Of a stretch of 61,192 nucleotides of DNA, positions 9,071-20,466 are shown piece after piece. The stretch lies in assembly GCA_024639975.1 (NCBI GenBank), contig JAHEFX010000003.1:1-61192 (forward strand). The letters are read 5' to 3'. The stretch is from a bacterium (lineage in GTDB: Bacteria; Actinomycetota; Acidimicrobiia; Spongiisociales; JAENVV01). Positions within the stretch are counted from its first letter, which is position 1. Each line of letters begins with the position of its first letter. A program made the translations under genes and the position numbers. The notes beneath the pieces were generated by a model. That model saw nothing but the letters and a program-made list of their open reading frames with translations. It searched no databases and had not been told where the DNA came from.

Positions 9071-10243
9071 TTGGCACGCTCCCGGCCGCCGGCATCGCTC
9101 ATCTTCGTCACCTCGGTGGTGGGCGTCGCCGCCTCGAGCCTGGTCACGTCCTCGCTCCCCGACATCGTCGATGCTTTCGGTGTCGATGACTCGGCAGCCG
9201 GACTCATCGTCGGGGTGGCGACGGTCCCCGGGGTCTTCCTTGCCATCTTCGTGGGGCTCGCCGCCGACCGCTGGGGCCGGAAGCCGGTGCTGGTCCCCTC
9301 CCTGACCCTTTTCGGCATCGCCGGGTTCGCGTCGGCATTCGCCCCGACCTTCGGGTGGTTCCTCGTCGGAAGGGGCTTGCAGGGTGCGGGGGCGGCGTCC
9401 CTGCTCAACGTGACCGCCGTCGTCATCGCCGACCACTGGGACGGGACGTCGCGGGCCAGGATGATCGGGCGCAACAGTGCAGCCGTCACGGTGTCGCTGG
9501 CCGTCTTCCCGACCATCGGCGGCGTGCTGACCGACACCATCGGCTGGCAGGGACCGTTCTACGCCTTCGGCCTTGCCCTACCCCTCGCGGCAGCCGTCCT
9601 CCTCCTGATCCCCGAGACCGACCTGCCGAGAGCACCCTCGGTCGGTGACCAACTGCGTCAGGCGGGCCGGTTCGCCATGCGGCCGCGCATGCTGATGATC
9701 ATGGCCATCACGGTCGGCGTGTTCGTCGTCCTCTTCGGTGCGCTGCTCACCGTCGCCCCGTTCCACGCAGAGGAGGTCTTCGGTCTGTCGGCTTCGTCGC
9801 GCGGAGTGCTGCTCGGCCTGCCATCGATCTTCACCACCATCGTCGCGCTCTTCCTCGGACGATTGATCGGCCGCTACGGGACCGTGCGACTGCTCGTCGT
9901 TGGATCCCTCTTCTATGCCGCCGCGTTCACGGTCATGGGTGCGGCCGGACTGCTCTACTTGTTCGCCCTCGGCATGCTCTCGAATGGGATCGCCGAAGGG
10001 CTGACGATCCCGGTGCTCCAGGACGCGACCTTGGATGGCACCAAGCCGGAGAATCGAGGTATCGCTGCCTCGGTCTTCGGGACGGCCGCCCGCCTGGGCC
10101 AGACGCTCGGCCCGGCCGTCGCCGCACCGATGGCAGCCGGATTGGGGACAGGGTCGTCGTTCTTCGTCTTCGCAGCGATTGCCGTGCTGTTGGCGGCCGG
10201 GGTGTTCACCGGCCGCGGGAACCTGCGCCCTCAGCCCGGGTAG
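9071..10243 (+). CDS. MFS transporter
   Basis: 390 aa, TTG start, about 12 TM segments. MFS signature GLAADRWGRKPVL between TM2 and TM3. Confidence 0.8.
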   Translation: MARSRPPASLIFVTSVVGVAASSLVTSSLPDIVDAFGVDDSAAGLIVGVATVPGVFLAIFVGLAADRWGRKPVLVPSLTLFGIAGFASAFAPTFGWFLVGRGLQGAGAASLLNVTAVVIADHWDGTSRARMIGRNSAAVTVSLAVFPTIGGVLTDTIGWQGPFYAFGLALPLAAAVLLLIPETDLPRAPSVGDQLRQAGRFAMRPRMLMIMAITVGVFVVLFGALLTVAPFHAEEVFGLSASSRGVLLGLPSIFTTIVALFLGRLIGRYGTVRLLVVGSLFYAAAFTVMGAAGLLYLFALGMLSNGIAEGLTIPVLQDATLDGTKPENRGIAASVFGTAARLGQTLGPAVAAPMAAGLGTGSSFFVFAAIAVLLAAGVFTGRGNLRPQPG

Positions 10244-10416
10244 TCGTGCCCGTCCTGGGCCCGTCGGTACAGGTAGAGCCAGCCGAGCCCGTGCATGCCC
10301 ACGGCGACCAGCAGGACGACGGCGGCTCCCCACCAGCCGAAGGCAAGGGCGAAGACGGCGGCGACGAGGGCGCCCGCCACAAGGATCGTTCGCACGCCGT
10401 TCAGAGGTCCAAACAT
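10231..10416 (-). CDS. Small two-helix membrane protein
   Basis: 61 aa (MFGPLNGVRTILVAGALVAAVFALAFGWWGAAVVLLVAVGMHGLGWLYLYRR...). Third codon positions are mostly G/C, as in the real genes here. Two hydrophobic helices. No recognised family. Confidence 0.5.
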   Translation of the reverse strand: MFGPLNGVRTILVAGALVAAVFALAFGWWGAAVVLLVAVGMHGLGWLYLYRRAQDGHDYPG

Positions 10417-10493
10417 GGGGGTGAGGGTAGGACGGCGCCGAGCGCGCAGCGGCGGGCTTGGTGCTGAAGCACTGAAGCAGCGAAGAAGGCCGA

Positions 10494-10523
10494 GATGGCC
10501 CCCTCCGGTGGGAGGGGGCCATC
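10494..10523 (-). terminator. Strong hairpin downstream of the 10548-11270 gene
   Basis: Perfect 13-bp stem: GATGGCCCCCTCC (10494-10506), loop GGTG, GGAGGGGGCCATC (10511-10523), 25 nt after the minus-strand stop. No U tract. It is stylistically related to the C/G hairpin repeat family. Confidence 0.55.
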
Positions 10524-10547
10524 GGTTCTCATGGAGTACTCGTGGTC

Positions 10548-11270
10548 CTAGGCGTCGGCGTACATCCCGGGCACTCGGTCCACGAACTCCTCGATCCGCT
10601 CGGTGGCGGCGTCGACGAGCTGGGAGACGAGGTCGGTTCGGGAGACCCCGTTGTCCTCGGCGATCTCGGCCAACGACTGGCCGTCGCGGAGGGCATCTGC
10701 CACTTCGGACGCCTCCAGGCCGAGGATGTCGGCCACCTCACCGATGCCGTGGGCAGCAACGGGGTGGTTGCGGGCGAACGCCTTGTTCGCCGGCGTCGAC
10801 CCGAGCATGGCTGCGATGCGCTCGTCGGCATCGGCCAGCCGGTCGTCCGCCTCTTCCTGGGTCAGTCGCTCGTCGGCGACCGCCTCGGCGAGGTGCTCCT
10901 CCATCTCGGCCTTGATCGCCACCGTGGCCTCCTCGGCAGACACACCCTGGGCCTCGAGCGCCTCGGCGACCGTCGCGCCATCGCCGAGCGATTCGCGGAA
11001 GGCCTCCGTGTCGATGTCGAGCTCCTCGGCGATGTCGCCACCGAGCCCGAAGCCACCGCCACGATGGCCGTGTCCGGGGCCCCTGCGTCCGAAGGCCGGA
11101 GCCGGGTCGGTGGCGGTGTCATCAGCCACCTCCTGGGCGAGCGAGATGCCCGACAGGTCGGCAGTCACCGCCTCGGCAGAAGGGGTCTCGGTCAGGGTGC
11201 CGGCGACGAAGCCACCGGCTACGAATGCGGCGCCGGCAAGGCCGGCTGCGAACCATTTCCTGGTATCCAT
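10548..11270 (-). CDS. Secreted/anchored protein with a His/Gly-rich segment and helical repeats
   Basis: I take the start at ATG 11270 (MDTRKWFAAGLAGAAFVAGGFVAGTL, signal/anchor). Next comes GRRGPGHGHRGGGFGLGG, then repeated acidic helical units containing ...LAE[AI]..[QN]GVS... Confidence 0.55.
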   Translation of the reverse strand: MDTRKWFAAGLAGAAFVAGGFVAGTLTETPSAEAVTADLSGISLAQEVADDTATDPAPAFGRRGPGHGHRGGGFGLGGDIAEELDIDTEAFRESLGDGATVAEALEAQGVSAEEATVAIKAEMEEHLAEAVADERLTQEEADDRLADADERIAAMLGSTPANKAFARNHPVAAHGIGEVADILGLEASEVADALRDGQSLAEIAEDNGVSRTDLVSQLVDAATERIEEFVDRVPGMYADA

Positions 11271-11438
11271 TTCGGTTCCTCTCAGATCGACGGTCGGGTG
11301 CACCGTTCGACCACAGGATCAGGGGCGTCACTGGCAATGATCTGGGGTGGGGATGTGAGGAACCTGTGAGTTCGCGATCGGCCGCCCGCAAGTTGGGTAA
11401 CCGTCCCCGGCGTTCCTATGCTCGCCACCGGTAGGCGC

Positions 11439-11866
11439 ATGACCCTCAACGACTATCTCCCCGCACTCGTGATGTTCCTCTTGGCGGTCGGCTTCGTGGC
11501 CGTCACGCTGCCGCTTTCCCGACTCATCTCGACCCGGGGGCCGGCCACGCCGGAGAAGGAAGCGCCCTATGAGTGCGGCATCCTCCCCGAGGTCGAACCG
11601 GCCCAACGCTTCCCCGTCAAGTTCTACCTCGTGGCCATCCTCTTCGTGATCTTCGACGTCGAGATCATCTTCCTCTTCGCCTGGGCCGCCAACTTCCCCG
11701 AGCTGGGCTGGTTCGGCGTCACCACGGTCGGGATCTTCACGCTCTTCGTGCTCGAGACACTCCTCTATGTCTGGCGCCGCGGGGCGCTCGACTGGAACGT
11801 CCGCCGTCGCGCCCGCCGATTCGCGGCGGCGTCGCCGACGCCCCAGGCGCTGGAGGACGCGGCCTG

Positions 11867-11867
<1 letters not shown>
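11439..11867 (+). CDS. nuoA: NADH-quinone oxidoreductase subunit A
   Basis: [19 protein letters not shown]...PYECGI...[19 protein letters not shown] matches the NuoA/ND3 pattern. First gene of the nuo cluster. Confidence 0.9.
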
Positions 11868-12364
<497 letters not shown>

Positions 12365-12386
12365 GTCAGCTCACCGGAGGCGTCGC

Positions 12387-12935
12387 GTGAGTGACGAGAA
12401 CGCGCCCGACGACGAGCAGGGAGAGGTGGAGCCGGCGGCCCCGGTCCGTTCCATTCCCGACCACCCGGTGTTGGGTCCACTGGTCGAGGGGGATGAGTCC
12501 GTCGTCTGGGAACACACCTTCGGCCAGGACGTCGTGCAAGTGCCGGTCGAATCCCTCGTGGGATTCGCCACCGCTGCCAAAGAGGCCGGGTTCGAGCTCG
12601 CCGCCGACCTGACCGTCGTCGACTACCTCGGTGTCCAAGAGCCTCGCTTCCGTGTCGTCGTGAACCTCCTGTCGGTGCGCCACGGTGTGCGGGTCAGGCT
12701 CCTCGTCGACCTGCCGGACGGCGACGCGCCGGCCCTCCCATCGCTCACCGCGCTCTGGCCGGGCCTCGGCTTCTACGAGCGCGAGGCGTACGACATGTTC
12801 GGCGTGGACTTCGAGGGCCATCCGGACCTCACCCGCATCCTCATGCCCGACGACTGGGACGGCCACCCGCTGCGCAAGGACTTCGGCGTCGGCGGCGTGC
12901 CCGTGCAGTTCAAGGCGAGCCCGAAGGCGACCTGA
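12387..12935 (+). CDS. nuoC: NADH-quinone oxidoreductase subunit C
   Basis: 182 aa with the 30-kDa subunit signature FYEREAYDMFGVDFEGHPDLTRILMPDDW. Confidence 0.9.
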   Translation: MSDENAPDDEQGEVEPAAPVRSIPDHPVLGPLVEGDESVVWEHTFGQDVVQVPVESLVGFATAAKEAGFELAADLTVVDYLGVQEPRFRVVVNLLSVRHGVRVRLLVDLPDGDAPALPSLTALWPGLGFYEREAYDMFGVDFEGHPDLTRILMPDDWDGHPLRKDFGVGGVPVQFKASPKAT

Positions 12936-12937
12936 CC

Positions 12938-14335
12938 ATGAGCGATCGCATCGGATCGGACGAGATGGTCGGCGACGACGAGGCCGAGGGCAAGGTCGAG
13001 ACCACCGAGCAGGATCTCTGGTTCTCCGGTACCGAGGAGCCCGAGTGGCTCGTCGGGGCCACCCACGAACCCGCCCAGGAGATGCACAAGGAGGAGACCG
13101 ACGAGCGGCTCCGCCAGCAGCTCGGCATCGTGGTCGACGACGACTACGTGGGGGACGAGATCGTCGGCGACGACGAGCTGATGATCGTCAACCTCGGTCC
13201 CCAGCACCCGTCGACGCACGGCGTGCTCCGGCTCAACGTCGAGCTCGAGGGCGAGATCGTACGGCGCGTGAAGCCGATCATCGGCTATCTCCACACGGGC
13301 ATGGAGAAGACCGCCGAGACCCTGACCTTCATGCAGGGGCCCACGAACGTCACCCGCATGGACTACCTGGCACCGTTCCACAACGAGCTGGCGTTCTCGC
13401 TGGCCACCGAGCAGCTCCTCGGCACCGAGATCCCGCCCCGGGCCGAAGCCATCCGGGTCCTCATGACCGAGCTGAACCGCATCTCGTCGCACCTGGTCGC
13501 CCTCGCCACCGGCGGCATGGACGTGGGGGCGCTCTCGATGATGCTCTATGGCTTCCGCGAGCGTGAGGTGATCCTGGCGTTCTTCGAGAAGACCACCGGC
13601 CTGCGGATGAACCACAACTACATCCGACCCGGCGGCGTCGCCGCCGACCTGCCCGACGGGTGGGAGGACGACATCGAGGGCATCCTCGACCAGCTCCCCG
13701 GTGCGCTCGACGAGTTCGACGACCTCCTCAAGGAGAACCCCATCTGGAAGGGACGGCTCGTCGACAACGGGATCATCACCACCGAGGAGGCCCTCGCCCA
13801 CTCGATCACCGGACCGATCCTGCGCTCCACCGGTCTCGCCCACGACCTGCGCAAGGCCGCCCCCTACTCGGGCATCGACCGCTACGACTTCGATGTCGCC
13901 GTGGGGGAGAACGGCGACTCCTACGACCGCTACCGGGTCAAGGTCATCGAGATCCAGGAGTCGATCAAGATCGTCCGCCAGGTCGCCGACACGATGCCGA
14001 GGGGCGACTGGAAGGCCGACGACCGCAAGATCGTCCCACCGCCGCGCAAGCGCATCGATGAGTCGATGGAAGCGCTCATCCACCACTTCAAGATCCACAC
14101 CGAGGGCTTCAAGGTCCCGGAGGGTGAGGCCTACGTCGCCATCGAGTCGCCTCGCGGCGAGCTCGGCTGCTACCTCGTCTCGGACGGTGGACCCAACCCG
14201 CTCCGCATGCACACCCGCGCCCCGTCCTTCGCCAATCTCCAAGCCGTCCCCTTGATGCTCTCCGACTCGATGCTCGCCGACGCCATCGCCGCCCTGGCCA
14301 GTGTCGACCCGGTCCTTGGAGACGTCGATCGATGA
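12938..14335 (+). CDS. nuoD: NADH-quinone oxidoreductase subunit D
   Basis: 465 aa. NLGPQHPSTHGVLRL and the 49-kDa subunit C-terminus ...LASVDPVLGDVDR. The N-terminal ~80 aa is acidic, so the start could lie further downstream. Confidence 0.9.
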   Translation: MSDRIGSDEMVGDDEAEGKVETTEQDLWFSGTEEPEWLVGATHEPAQEMHKEETDERLRQQLGIVVDDDYVGDEIVGDDELMIVNLGPQHPSTHGVLRLNVELEGEIVRRVKPIIGYLHTGMEKTAETLTFMQGPTNVTRMDYLAPFHNELAFSLATEQLLGTEIPPRAEAIRVLMTELNRISSHLVALATGGMDVGALSMMLYGFREREVILAFFEKTTGLRMNHNYIRPGGVAADLPDGWEDDIEGILDQLPGALDEFDDLLKENPIWKGRLVDNGIITTEEALAHSITGPILRSTGLAHDLRKAAPYSGIDRYDFDVAVGENGDSYDRYRVKVIEIQESIKIVRQVADTMPRGDWKADDRKIVPPPRKRIDESMEALIHHFKIHTEGFKVPEGEAYVAIESPRGELGCYLVSDGGPNPLRMHTRAPSFANLQAVPLMLSDSMLADAIAALASVDPVLGDVDR

Positions 14336-14967
14336 GTTGGTCCGAAGAGTCGCTCCAACGAGCCGATGACATCCTCGCCAGGTACCCCGAGAAGCGGTCG
14401 GCGGTGATGCCGCTGCTGTATGTCGCCATGCGCGAGGACGGGTACCTGACCGACGACGGGATGCGTCAGGTGGCCGAGCTCACCGGCGTCACACCAGCCC
14501 AGGTCCAGTCCACGGCCTCGTTCTACAACATGTACAAGCGCGAGCCGGTGGGCAAGTACCTCGTCTCGATGTGCACCTCCATCTCCTGTTTCCTGATGGG
14601 CGCCGACGACGTGCTCCACGCCATCGAGGACGAGGCCGGCATCCCGGCCGGTGAGGCCGACGACGAGATCGGCGTCGAGCACGCCGAGTGCATCGGCGCC
14701 TGCGGCGGCGCCCCCGCCTGCCTGGTCAACTACGAGCTCATCGAGGGCCTGACACCCGACAAGGCCAAGGAGCTCGTCGCCTGGCTGCGGTCCGCCAAGC
14801 CGGACGTGATCAACGCCGACGAGATGCAGGCCCTGTTCGGCGGGAAGACCTCGTTCGACTGGGGCATCAGGGAAGAGCGCGGCGCCGTCGGCCCCTTCCC
14901 CGCCTTCGGCCCCTTCGGCACGGCGGACGTGAACACCGACGCCCTGGAGCCGGGGAGGTCGACGTGA
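14332..14967 (+). CDS. nuoE: NADH-quinone oxidoreductase subunit E
   Basis: ATGA overlap with nuoD. 2Fe-2S thioredoxin-like motifs VSMCTSISCFLMG and ECIGACGGAPA. Confidence 0.9.
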   Translation: MSWSEESLQRADDILARYPEKRSAVMPLLYVAMREDGYLTDDGMRQVAELTGVTPAQVQSTASFYNMYKREPVGKYLVSMCTSISCFLMGADDVLHAIEDEAGIPAGEADDEIGVEHAECIGACGGAPACLVNYELIEGLTPDKAKELVAWLRSAKPDVINADEMQALFGGKTSFDWGIREERGAVGPFPAFGPFGTADVNTDALEPGRST

Positions 14968-16271
14968 TCGTCGAGGCGCTCACCCGGCGCATGAACGCGC
15001 ATCCGACCGACTCCCACACGATGGAGCGGTACCTCGAGACCGGGGGTTACGAGGCTGCCCGCGGCGCCATCACCAAGACCCGCGACGAGCTCGTCGAGAC
15101 CGTCAAGGAGTCGGGCGTCATCGGTCGTGGCGGTGCCGGGTTCCCGGCCGGTCTGAAGTGGTCGTTCCTCGCCCCCGCCCGTCCGGCCTACCTCGTGGTC
15201 AACGGAGACGAATCCGAGCCCGGAACGTTCAAGGACCGCCAGCTGCTCGAACGCGACCCGCACGCCATGGTCGAGGGGATCATCATCGCTGCGGTGGCCA
15301 ACGAAGTGCACCACGCCTTCGTCTACATCCGCGGCGAATACCCGAAGCCGGCTCGACGGGTGCAGCAGGCCGTCGCCGACGCCTACGCCAAGGGCTTCCT
15401 CGGCAAGGGGATCTTCGGCGGCGACTATGACCTCGACGTCACCGTCCACCTCGGGGCCGGCGCCTACATCTGCGGCGAGGAGACCGCCCTCCTCAACAGC
15501 CTCGAGGGCCGCCGCGGCGAGCCGCGCCTCAAGCCGCCATACTTCCCGGCTGCCAAGGGCCTCTACATGGCCCCGACGATCGTCAACAACGTCGAGACGA
15601 TCAGCAACCTGCCCTACATCTTCGGAGAGGGCGTCGACTGGTACAAGGGCCTCGGCCACGAGGTCGACACCGGCACCTTCCTCATGTCCATCTCCGGGCA
15701 CGTGAACAAGCCCGGCAACTACGAGGTGGTCCATGGGATCACCTGGCGGGAGCTGATCTACGGCGTTGCCGGAGGCATCCGGGACGGCAAGGAGCTCAAG
15801 GCGTGGGTGCCGGGTGGCGCCTCCGCACCGTGGTTCGTGCCCGAGGAGCACCTCGACCTGCCGATCACCAAGGACGAGACCGGCAAGCAGGGCTCGATGC
15901 TCGGGTCCGGCGCCGTCATCGTGATGGACGAGGACACCGACATGGTGGCTGCCGCCGAGCGACTCGTGCGCTTCTTCGCCGAAGAGTCCTGTGGCCAGTG
16001 CACGCCGTGCCGCGAGGGCACGACCTGGCTCGACCTCATCCTCCAGCGCGTCCTCCACGGCGGCGGGCGCGAGCAGGACATCGACCTGCTCATGGACGTG
16101 TCCGACAACATCTCCGTCGGGCTCGGTTGGCCGCCGAAGCAGACGACCATCTGCCCGCTCGGTCCCTCCGCCGTCTCGGCCACGCTCTCGCTCGTGAAGC
16201 ACTTCCGCCACGAGGTCGAAGAGCACATCGGCCGCGGGACGCCGGTCACGATCTCTGGGGTTTCGTCGTGA
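14964..16271 (+). CDS. nuoF: NADH-quinone oxidoreductase subunit F
   Basis: GTG 14964 overlaps the nuoE stop (GTGA). GRGGAGFPAGLKW (FMN/NADH site) and ESCGQCTPCREG (N3 cluster). The track ORF from 14688 is a run-on. Confidence 0.9.
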   Translation: MIVEALTRRMNAHPTDSHTMERYLETGGYEAARGAITKTRDELVETVKESGVIGRGGAGFPAGLKWSFLAPARPAYLVVNGDESEPGTFKDRQLLERDPHAMVEGIIIAAVANEVHHAFVYIRGEYPKPARRVQQAVADAYAKGFLGKGIFGGDYDLDVTVHLGAGAYICGEETALLNSLEGRRGEPRLKPPYFPAAKGLYMAPTIVNNVETISNLPYIFGEGVDWYKGLGHEVDTGTFLMSISGHVNKPGNYEVVHGITWRELIYGVAGGIRDGKELKAWVPGGASAPWFVPEEHLDLPITKDETGKQGSMLGSGAVIVMDEDTDMVAAAERLVRFFAEESCGQCTPCREGTTWLDLILQRVLHGGGREQDIDLLMDVSDNISVGLGWPPKQTTICPLGPSAVSATLSLVKHFRHEVEEHIGRGTPVTISGVSS

Positions 16272-18691
16272 GCGACGAGATGGTGACGATCACCATCGAC
16301 GGCACCGAGGTGCAGGTCCCCGCCGGGGAGTTGCTCATCAAGGCCGCCGAGGACTCGGGCACCTACATCCCCCGATTCTGCTGGCACCGGCGCATGAACC
16401 CCGTCGGGATGTGCCGCATGTGCCTCGTCGAGGTCGAAGGACCCCGAGGGATCATGCTCACCCCGTCGTGCACCATGCCGGTCAACGACGGCATGGTCGT
16501 CCACACGAAGTCGCCCACCGTCGAGAAGGCCCAGGAGGGCGTCCTCGAATTCCTCCTCCTCAACCACCCGCTCGATTGTCCGGTGTGTGACAAGGGCGGC
16601 GAGTGCCCCCTGCAGGACCAGACGCTCTCCCATGGTCCCGGCGAGTCCCGGATGGTCGAGGAGAAGCGCCACTACGAGAAGCCGATCCCCATCAGTGACC
16701 TCGTCCTGCTCGACCGTGAGCGGTGCATCCTCTGTGCCCGGTGCGTCCGCTTCTCCGAGGAGATCTCCGGCGACCCGCTCATCGAGTTCATGGACCGCGG
16801 CAACGCCGCCGAGGTCAACACGTTCCCCGACGAGCCCTTCGCCTCCTACTTCTCGGGCAACACCGTGCAAATCTGTCCCGTCGGTGCGCTCACGGCGTCG
16901 GCCTACCGTTTCCGGGCCCGCCCGTGGGACCTGCGGGAGGTGGCCTCGGTCAACCCGCTCACGACCACCGGCGACGGGGTGACCGTCCAGGCCAGCCAGA
17001 ACGAGGTCCTCCGGTTCCTCGGCGTCGACAACGACGCCACCAACCACGGCTGGCTCGACGACCGCTCCCGCTTCGGCTTCGAGTGGATCGCCTCGCCGGA
17101 CCGACTGGCCACCCCGCTCGCCAAGTCGGGCGACGGCCACACCGAGGTCTCCTGGGGTGAGGCCCTCGGCGCAGCGGCCGAGAACCTGTCGGCGGTCATC
17201 GAGGCCCATGGGCCCGGTGCCGTCGCCGCCATCGGTGGTGCCCGCGGCACCAACGAGGATGCCTACGCCCTCGCCTCATTCATGCGCTCGTCCGTCGGGT
17301 CGCCCAATCTGGATGCCCGCCTCGACGACGGGCTCGGCACGCACCTGCTCTCGTCGCTCGCCGGCAAGGGGGAGATCGGCGACCTCGAGACTGCCAGGAC
17401 CGTGCTCGTTTGGGCCGCCGACCTGAAAGAAGAGCATCCCGTCCTCTACCTGCGGGTCCGTCGGGCCGCCCAGGAACTCGGCGCGACGCTGATCACCGTC
17501 CACCCGACGGCGACCGGACTGGCCGACCGCGCCACCCACACGGTGACGTATCGACCGGGGGAGGGCCACGACCTCCTCGACCGGCTCCGAGCCGGTTCCG
17601 GCGACCTCGCCGACGTGCGCGCCGCCCTCGACGAGGGTCCGGTCGTCGCCATCGTCGGGCGCACCGGCCTCGCCGAGGACCCGGCCCTGGCCGAGGCCGT
17701 CACGGCATTCGCCCGCGACCTCCCGCAAGCCTCGGTCCTGCCCGTCGTCCGCCGCGCCAACACCTACGGCGCGATCGACATGGGCGTGGCCCCCGACCTG
17801 CTCCCCGGACGGGTCGCCGCCGGCGGCGACGCCGGGCACACCGGTTGGGAGAAAGCCGACACGAGTGTCGGCCTCGACACCCGAGGCATCCTCGAGGCGG
17901 CCGCCGACGGACGCGTCAAGGCCCTGCTGCTCGTCGGCGCCGACCCGCTCCGGGACGTCCCCGACGCCGACCTGGCGGCAAGGGCCCTCGATGCCGTCGA
18001 CGTCGTGATCTCCATCGACTGCTTCCTGACCGACTCGACGGCGAAGGCCGACATCGTGCTCCCCGCCCTCGGCTTCACCGAGAAGGAGGGCACGGTCACG
18101 AACCTCGAGGGTCGGGTGATGAAGGTCAACCGGATCGTGTCCGGCCCCGGCCAGGCGCGCGCCGACTGGTCCATCATCGACGACCTCGCAGCTCGCATGG
18201 GCCGCCCCCTCGGATTCGAGTCGGCCGAAGCCATCTCCCTGGCCATCGCCGAGCACGCCCCCGCCTATGGGGGCATCACCTGGTTCCTCCTCGATTGGAA
18301 GGAACGCGATGGCGTGGTCGCCCCCCGGGACGGCGTCGAACAGCCACTCCAGTACATCCCGACGACGTCCTTGCGGGCCGTCGGCAGCGGTGGCGCCAAG
18401 CGGGGCGGGTTCGCCCTGCACCTCGGCCGACTGCTCTACGACGATGCCGTCCTCACCCGCCAGGGGGCGTCGATCGCCGACCTCGCCCCCGGCGCCTACG
18501 CCGTGCTCAATCCGACCGATGCCGATCGCATCGGGGCCAACGGCCACGTCGAGGTCGACGGCCATCGCCTCCCGCTCCGGCGTGACGCGTCGCTGGCCGA
18601 GGGCACGGTGGCCGTCCCGTTCAACCAGCCCGACGGGCCGCCCCTCGGCGGGTCGAGCCACGTGGACGTCGCCCCGGGAGCCGGCGCATGA
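16268..18691 (+). CDS. nuoG: NADH-quinone oxidoreductase subunit G
   Basis: GTG 16268 overlaps the nuoF stop. N-terminal [23 protein letters not shown]...IPRFCWH...CRMCLVEV...[18 protein letters not shown] Fe-S motifs, followed by a molybdopterin-oxidoreductase-like domain. Confidence 0.9.
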   Translation: MSDEMVTITIDGTEVQVPAGELLIKAAEDSGTYIPRFCWHRRMNPVGMCRMCLVEVEGPRGIMLTPSCTMPVNDGMVVHTKSPTVEKAQEGVLEFLLLNHPLDCPVCDKGGECPLQDQTLSHGPGESRMVEEKRHYEKPIPISDLVLLDRERCILCARCVRFSEEISGDPLIEFMDRGNAAEVNTFPDEPFASYFSGNTVQICPVGALTASAYRFRARPWDLREVASVNPLTTTGDGVTVQASQNEVLRFLGVDNDATNHGWLDDRSRFGFEWIASPDRLATPLAKSGDGHTEVSWGEALGAAAENLSAVIEAHGPGAVAAIGGARGTNEDAYALASFMRSSVGSPNLDARLDDGLGTHLLSSLAGKGEIGDLETARTVLVWAADLKEEHPVLYLRVRRAAQELGATLITVHPTATGLADRATHTVTYRPGEGHDLLDRLRAGSGDLADVRAALDEGPVVAIVGRTGLAEDPALAEAVTAFARDLPQASVLPVVRRANTYGAIDMGVAPDLLPGRVAAGGDAGHTGWEKADTSVGLDTRGILEAAADGRVKALLLVGADPLRDVPDADLAARALDAVDVVISIDCFLTDSTAKADIVLPALGFTEKEGTVTNLEGRVMKVNRIVSGPGQARADWSIIDDLAARMGRPLGFESAEAISLAIAEHAPAYGGITWFLLDWKERDGVVAPRDGVEQPLQYIPTTSLRAVGSGGAKRGGFALHLGRLLYDDAVLTRQGASIADLAPGAYAVLNPTDADRIGANGHVEVDGHRLPLRRDASLAEGTVAVPFNQPDGPPLGGSSHVDVAPGAGA

Positions 18692-19794
18692 TGCCGATCT
18701 GGCTCGCCCTCGCGAAGGTGCTGCTGGCGTTCGTCGTCGGCCTCGGCGTCGTCGTCCTGCTCGTGTGGTTCGAGCGCAAGATCGTGTCCGACCTCCAGAA
18801 CCGGATCGGCCCGAACCGAGCCGGCCCCTTCGGCATCCTGCAGACGGTCGCCGACGGCTTGAAGCTCTTCTTCAAGGAGCAGATCACCCCGAGCCGGGTC
18901 GAGCGATTCGTGTTCGAACTTGCCCCGTTCCTCGCCGTCGTACCCGCCCTCATGCTGTTCCTCGTCGTACCGATCGCCAGACCGATCGAGATCACGCTCG
19001 ATGGGGCGCCCTACCTCCTGTCCTTCGCTGCCCTCGACATCAACGTGGGACTGCTGTTCGCGCTCGCCATGAGCTCGATCGCCGTCTACGCGATCGTGCT
19101 CGCCGGCTGGTCCTCGGGGTCCAAGTACCCCCTCATCGGCGGCGTGCGTGGATCGGCCCAGGCCATCTCCTACGAAGCGGCGATGGGGCTCTCGATGGTC
19201 GCGGTGGTCATGTGGGTCACGACGCTCCCCGGCGTCACCGACATGGGGGCCATGAGTGTCAACGAGATCGTGCTCCGCCAGCAGGGGACCTTCTTCCCCG
19301 ACCTCCTCGCCCTCTCGTGGATCCCCCAGTGGAACCTCATCCCCCAGTTCCCCGCCTTCGTGATCTTCATGATCGCGATCTTCGCCGAGACCAACCGCGC
19401 ACCGTTCGACCTCGTCGAGGCGGAGCAGGAGATCGTCGCCGGCTTCAACACCGAGTACTCCGGCATGCGCTTCGCCATGTTCTTCCTCGCCGAGTACCTC
19501 AACATGTTCACGATGAGCGCCCTCGCCGTCAGCCTGTTCCTCGGCGGATGGGGTGGGCCGTTCCTCGACACGATCGATGGCTGGGCGGCGACCGCGCTCT
19601 CCTTCGGCTACTTCCTGTTCAAGACCGGGCTCGTCCTCTTCCTCTTCGTGTGGGTCAGGGCGACCCTCCCGCGCTTCCGCTACGACCAGCTCATGCAGCT
19701 CGGTTGGAAGCGCCTCATCCCGACGGCCCTGCTGTGGCTCATCCTCACCACGCTGGTCGTCTCCTTCCGCGAGTTCGGAGCACCCTGGGCATGA
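18688..19794 (+). CDS. nuoH: NADH-quinone oxidoreductase subunit H
   Basis: 368 aa, ATGA overlap with nuo[37 protein letters not shown] and [27 protein letters not shown] match the ND1 family. Confidence 0.95.
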   Translation: MMPIWLALAKVLLAFVVGLGVVVLLVWFERKIVSDLQNRIGPNRAGPFGILQTVADGLKLFFKEQITPSRVERFVFELAPFLAVVPALMLFLVVPIARPIEITLDGAPYLLSFAALDINVGLLFALAMSSIAVYAIVLAGWSSGSKYPLIGGVRGSAQAISYEAAMGLSMVAVVMWVTTLPGVTDMGAMSVNEIVLRQQGTFFPDLLALSWIPQWNLIPQFPAFVIFMIAIFAETNRAPFDLVEAEQEIVAGFNTEYSGMRFAMFFLAEYLNMFTMSALAVSLFLGGWGGPFLDTIDGWAATALSFGYFLFKTGLVLFLFVWVRATLPRFRYDQLMQLGWKRLIPTALLWLILTTLVVSFREFGAPWA

Positions 19795-20441
19795 GCGAGC
19801 AGCAAGACCTCTTCACCGCCGTCGCCAACATGTGGAAGGGCTTCAGGGTCACCTTCCGCCAGATGCGCAAGCCCCGGGTCACCACCCAGTACCCCAAGGA
19901 ATTCCGCGAGAAGCCCCAGCGCTTCCACGGTCGCCACGTGCTGAACCGCTACGACGACGGCATGGAGAAGTGCATCGGCTGCGAGCTCTGCGCCGGCGTT
20001 TGCCCGGCCAAGTGCATCTACGTGCGCGGTGCCGACAACCCGATCGACGACCCGGTCAGCCCCGGCGAGCGCTACGGCTACGTCTACGAGATCAACATGC
20101 TCAGGTGCATCTTCTGTGCGCTGTGCGTGGAGGCCTGCCCCACGGAGGCCATCACCATGACCCACCTCTTCGAGATGTCCACGACGAACCGCCAGGACGC
20201 CATCTACACCAAGGACGAGCTCCTCGTCCAGCCCGATGGAACGCCGAACCACATGTTCGACGAGGACCACCTCGCCGACTTCGGCGAGCTCGCCGCTGCC
20301 GACGGCTGGATGCGGGCGACCTCCCCCCAGGGCCGGGCCGACTTCTCGGGTGTCCCGGGTTGGACCCCGAGTGCTGGAGTGGGCCTGCGGCCCGCGGAGC
20401 AGGGGCAGAGCGGCACCGAGCCCGAGGGAGAGGACGCGTGA
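19791..20441 (+). CDS. nuoI: NADH-quinone oxidoreductase subunit I
   Basis: ATGA overlap with nuoH. Two 4Fe-4S ferredoxin motifs, [12 protein letters not shown] and [13 protein letters not shown]-terminal extension of about 60 aa. Confidence 0.9.
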   Translation: MSEQQDLFTAVANMWKGFRVTFRQMRKPRVTTQYPKEFREKPQRFHGRHVLNRYDDGMEKCIGCELCAGVCPAKCIYVRGADNPIDDPVSPGERYGYVYEINMLRCIFCALCVEACPTEAITMTHLFEMSTTNRQDAIYTKDELLVQPDGTPNHMFDEDHLADFGELAAADGWMRATSPQGRADFSGVPGWTPSAGVGLRPAEQGQSGTEPEGEDA

Positions 20442-20466
20442 CTCCCCTCCCGTTCGCTTCGCTCAC

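Noticed and set aside
12938-13190. An ~80-aa highly acidic N-terminal extension of NuoD as a novel domain. The C-terminal tails of NuoE and NuoI raise the same question.
   Set aside because: This may simply reflect start-codon ambiguity, since in-frame Met codons occur later (for example before HKEETDERL). Low-complexity acidic tails are common in this window (L25, PPIase, FtsB-like). There is not enough evidence for a functional claim.
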